Shown in pieces: positions 44,382 to 44,711 of a stretch of DNA of 44,711 bases. Location: IMG/VR virus record IMGVR_UViG_3300046779_001323, positions 1 through 44,711 of that record, one strand, 5' to 3'. The stretch is from a virus. Lineage: Duplodnaviria; Caudoviricetes. Under the pieces are notes generated by a model. That model ran no database searches, was not told the DNA's origin, and saw only the letters and a program-made list of their open reading frames with translations. Made by a program: the position numbers and the translations under genes. Positions within the stretch are counted from its first letter, which is position 1; every line of letters begins with the position of its first letter.

Positions 44382-44402
44382 TATTGAAAATGATTTTCAT
44401 TA
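44382..44402. promoter_or_regulatory. Actinobacterial Zur (Fur-family) box
   Basis: TATTGAAAATGATTTTCATTA with perfect 7-1-7 core TGAAAAT-G-ATTTTCA. Confidence 0.7.
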
Positions 44403-44416
44403 GCTCAGGGGCTGCG

Positions 44417-44485
44417 TTACACGCCCAGCATGATGAAACATAGGCAGATGGTGGCTACTCCGAAGATCCAGAGAAAGCCATTCAT
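44417..44485 (-). CDS. 22-aa hydrophobic micropeptide (not in ORF track)
   Basis: MNGFLWIFGVATICLCFIMLGV; GGAG RBS and ATGA overlap with the upstream micro-ORF. Confidence 0.55.
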   Translation of the reverse strand: MNGFLWIFGVATICLCFIMLGV

Positions 44486-44583
44486 GCGGCTTCTCCGTCT
44501 ACGATGGCGTGAGCCAGGTCCAGATAGCCAGCGATACGCATAGCTTGCTGAGTCAGCTCAGCTAGTTCGGCATTAGTCGCCAT
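44482..44583 (-). CDS. 33-aa micro-ORF (not in ORF track)
   Basis: MATNAELAELTQQAMRIAGYLDLAHAIVDGEAA; overlaps the stop of the 77-aa ORF; ATG preserved in both repeat alleles. Confidence 0.5.
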   Translation of the reverse strand: MATNAELAELTQQAMRIAGYLDLAHAIVDGEAA

Positions 44584-44711
44584 GGGTATCACTCACGCTT
44601 CCGATAGATACTAGCTCACCATCGACATAGAGTTCGTGGTGCTTCGGCTTTGCCATTTCTGGCGTTACGCCAGCGGGCAGGGCAACGCCATGCTCAGTGA
44701 ACCTGTGCCAC
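44495..44711. repeat. Terminal direct repeat, right copy
   Basis: Matches 1-217 with two mismatches (44580, 44584). Confidence 0.95.

Noticed and set aside
1-44711. Alternative genetic code
   Set aside because: Hallmark genes are intact and tightly packed under the standard code.

Overview
The window is an apparently complete, circularly assembled ~44.5 kb tailed phage genome. The first 217 nt recur at 44495-44711 with two mismatches. The host is most likely an actinobacterium: the genome carries whiB, an M23 endolysin without spanins, AGAAAGGAG-type RBSs, leaderless genes and an actinobacterial Zur box. Morphology looks podovirus-like (adaptor, nozzle and a 2766-aa putative internal virion protein). 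Modules: (i) a leftward early region (2203->1, continuing 44494->31166) with a divergent sigma70/ECF-like protein, micro-ORFs, a probable origin/regulatory hub, an amidoligase-glutamine amidotransferase pair, small genes, WhiB, SNF2-type helicase, Cas4-like exonuclease, SSB-like protein, primase-helicase and an HNH protein; (ii) a rightward HTH/TerS/fibre/lysis block (2668-6864); (iii) a leftward packaging/head/tail block (26603-6854); (iv) a rightward fibre/phosphoesterase block (26630-31182). I recognised no integrase, DNA polymerase, reverse transcriptase, tRNA or CRISPR array. The most interesting unexplained signals are non-coding. First, a family of GC-rich hairpins whose loops display anti-Shine-Dalgarno / 16S-3'-tail-like pyrimidine tracts (four in tandem at 40764-40989, one with its own extended -10 at 34325-34377). 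Second, a ~380-bp hub with three perfect DnaA boxes, inverted octamer iterons, a Zur box and other palindromes. Third, a repeated 35-bp motif that may be the promoter of the phage sigma-like factor. All product calls come from motif recognition by eye, not from database searches.
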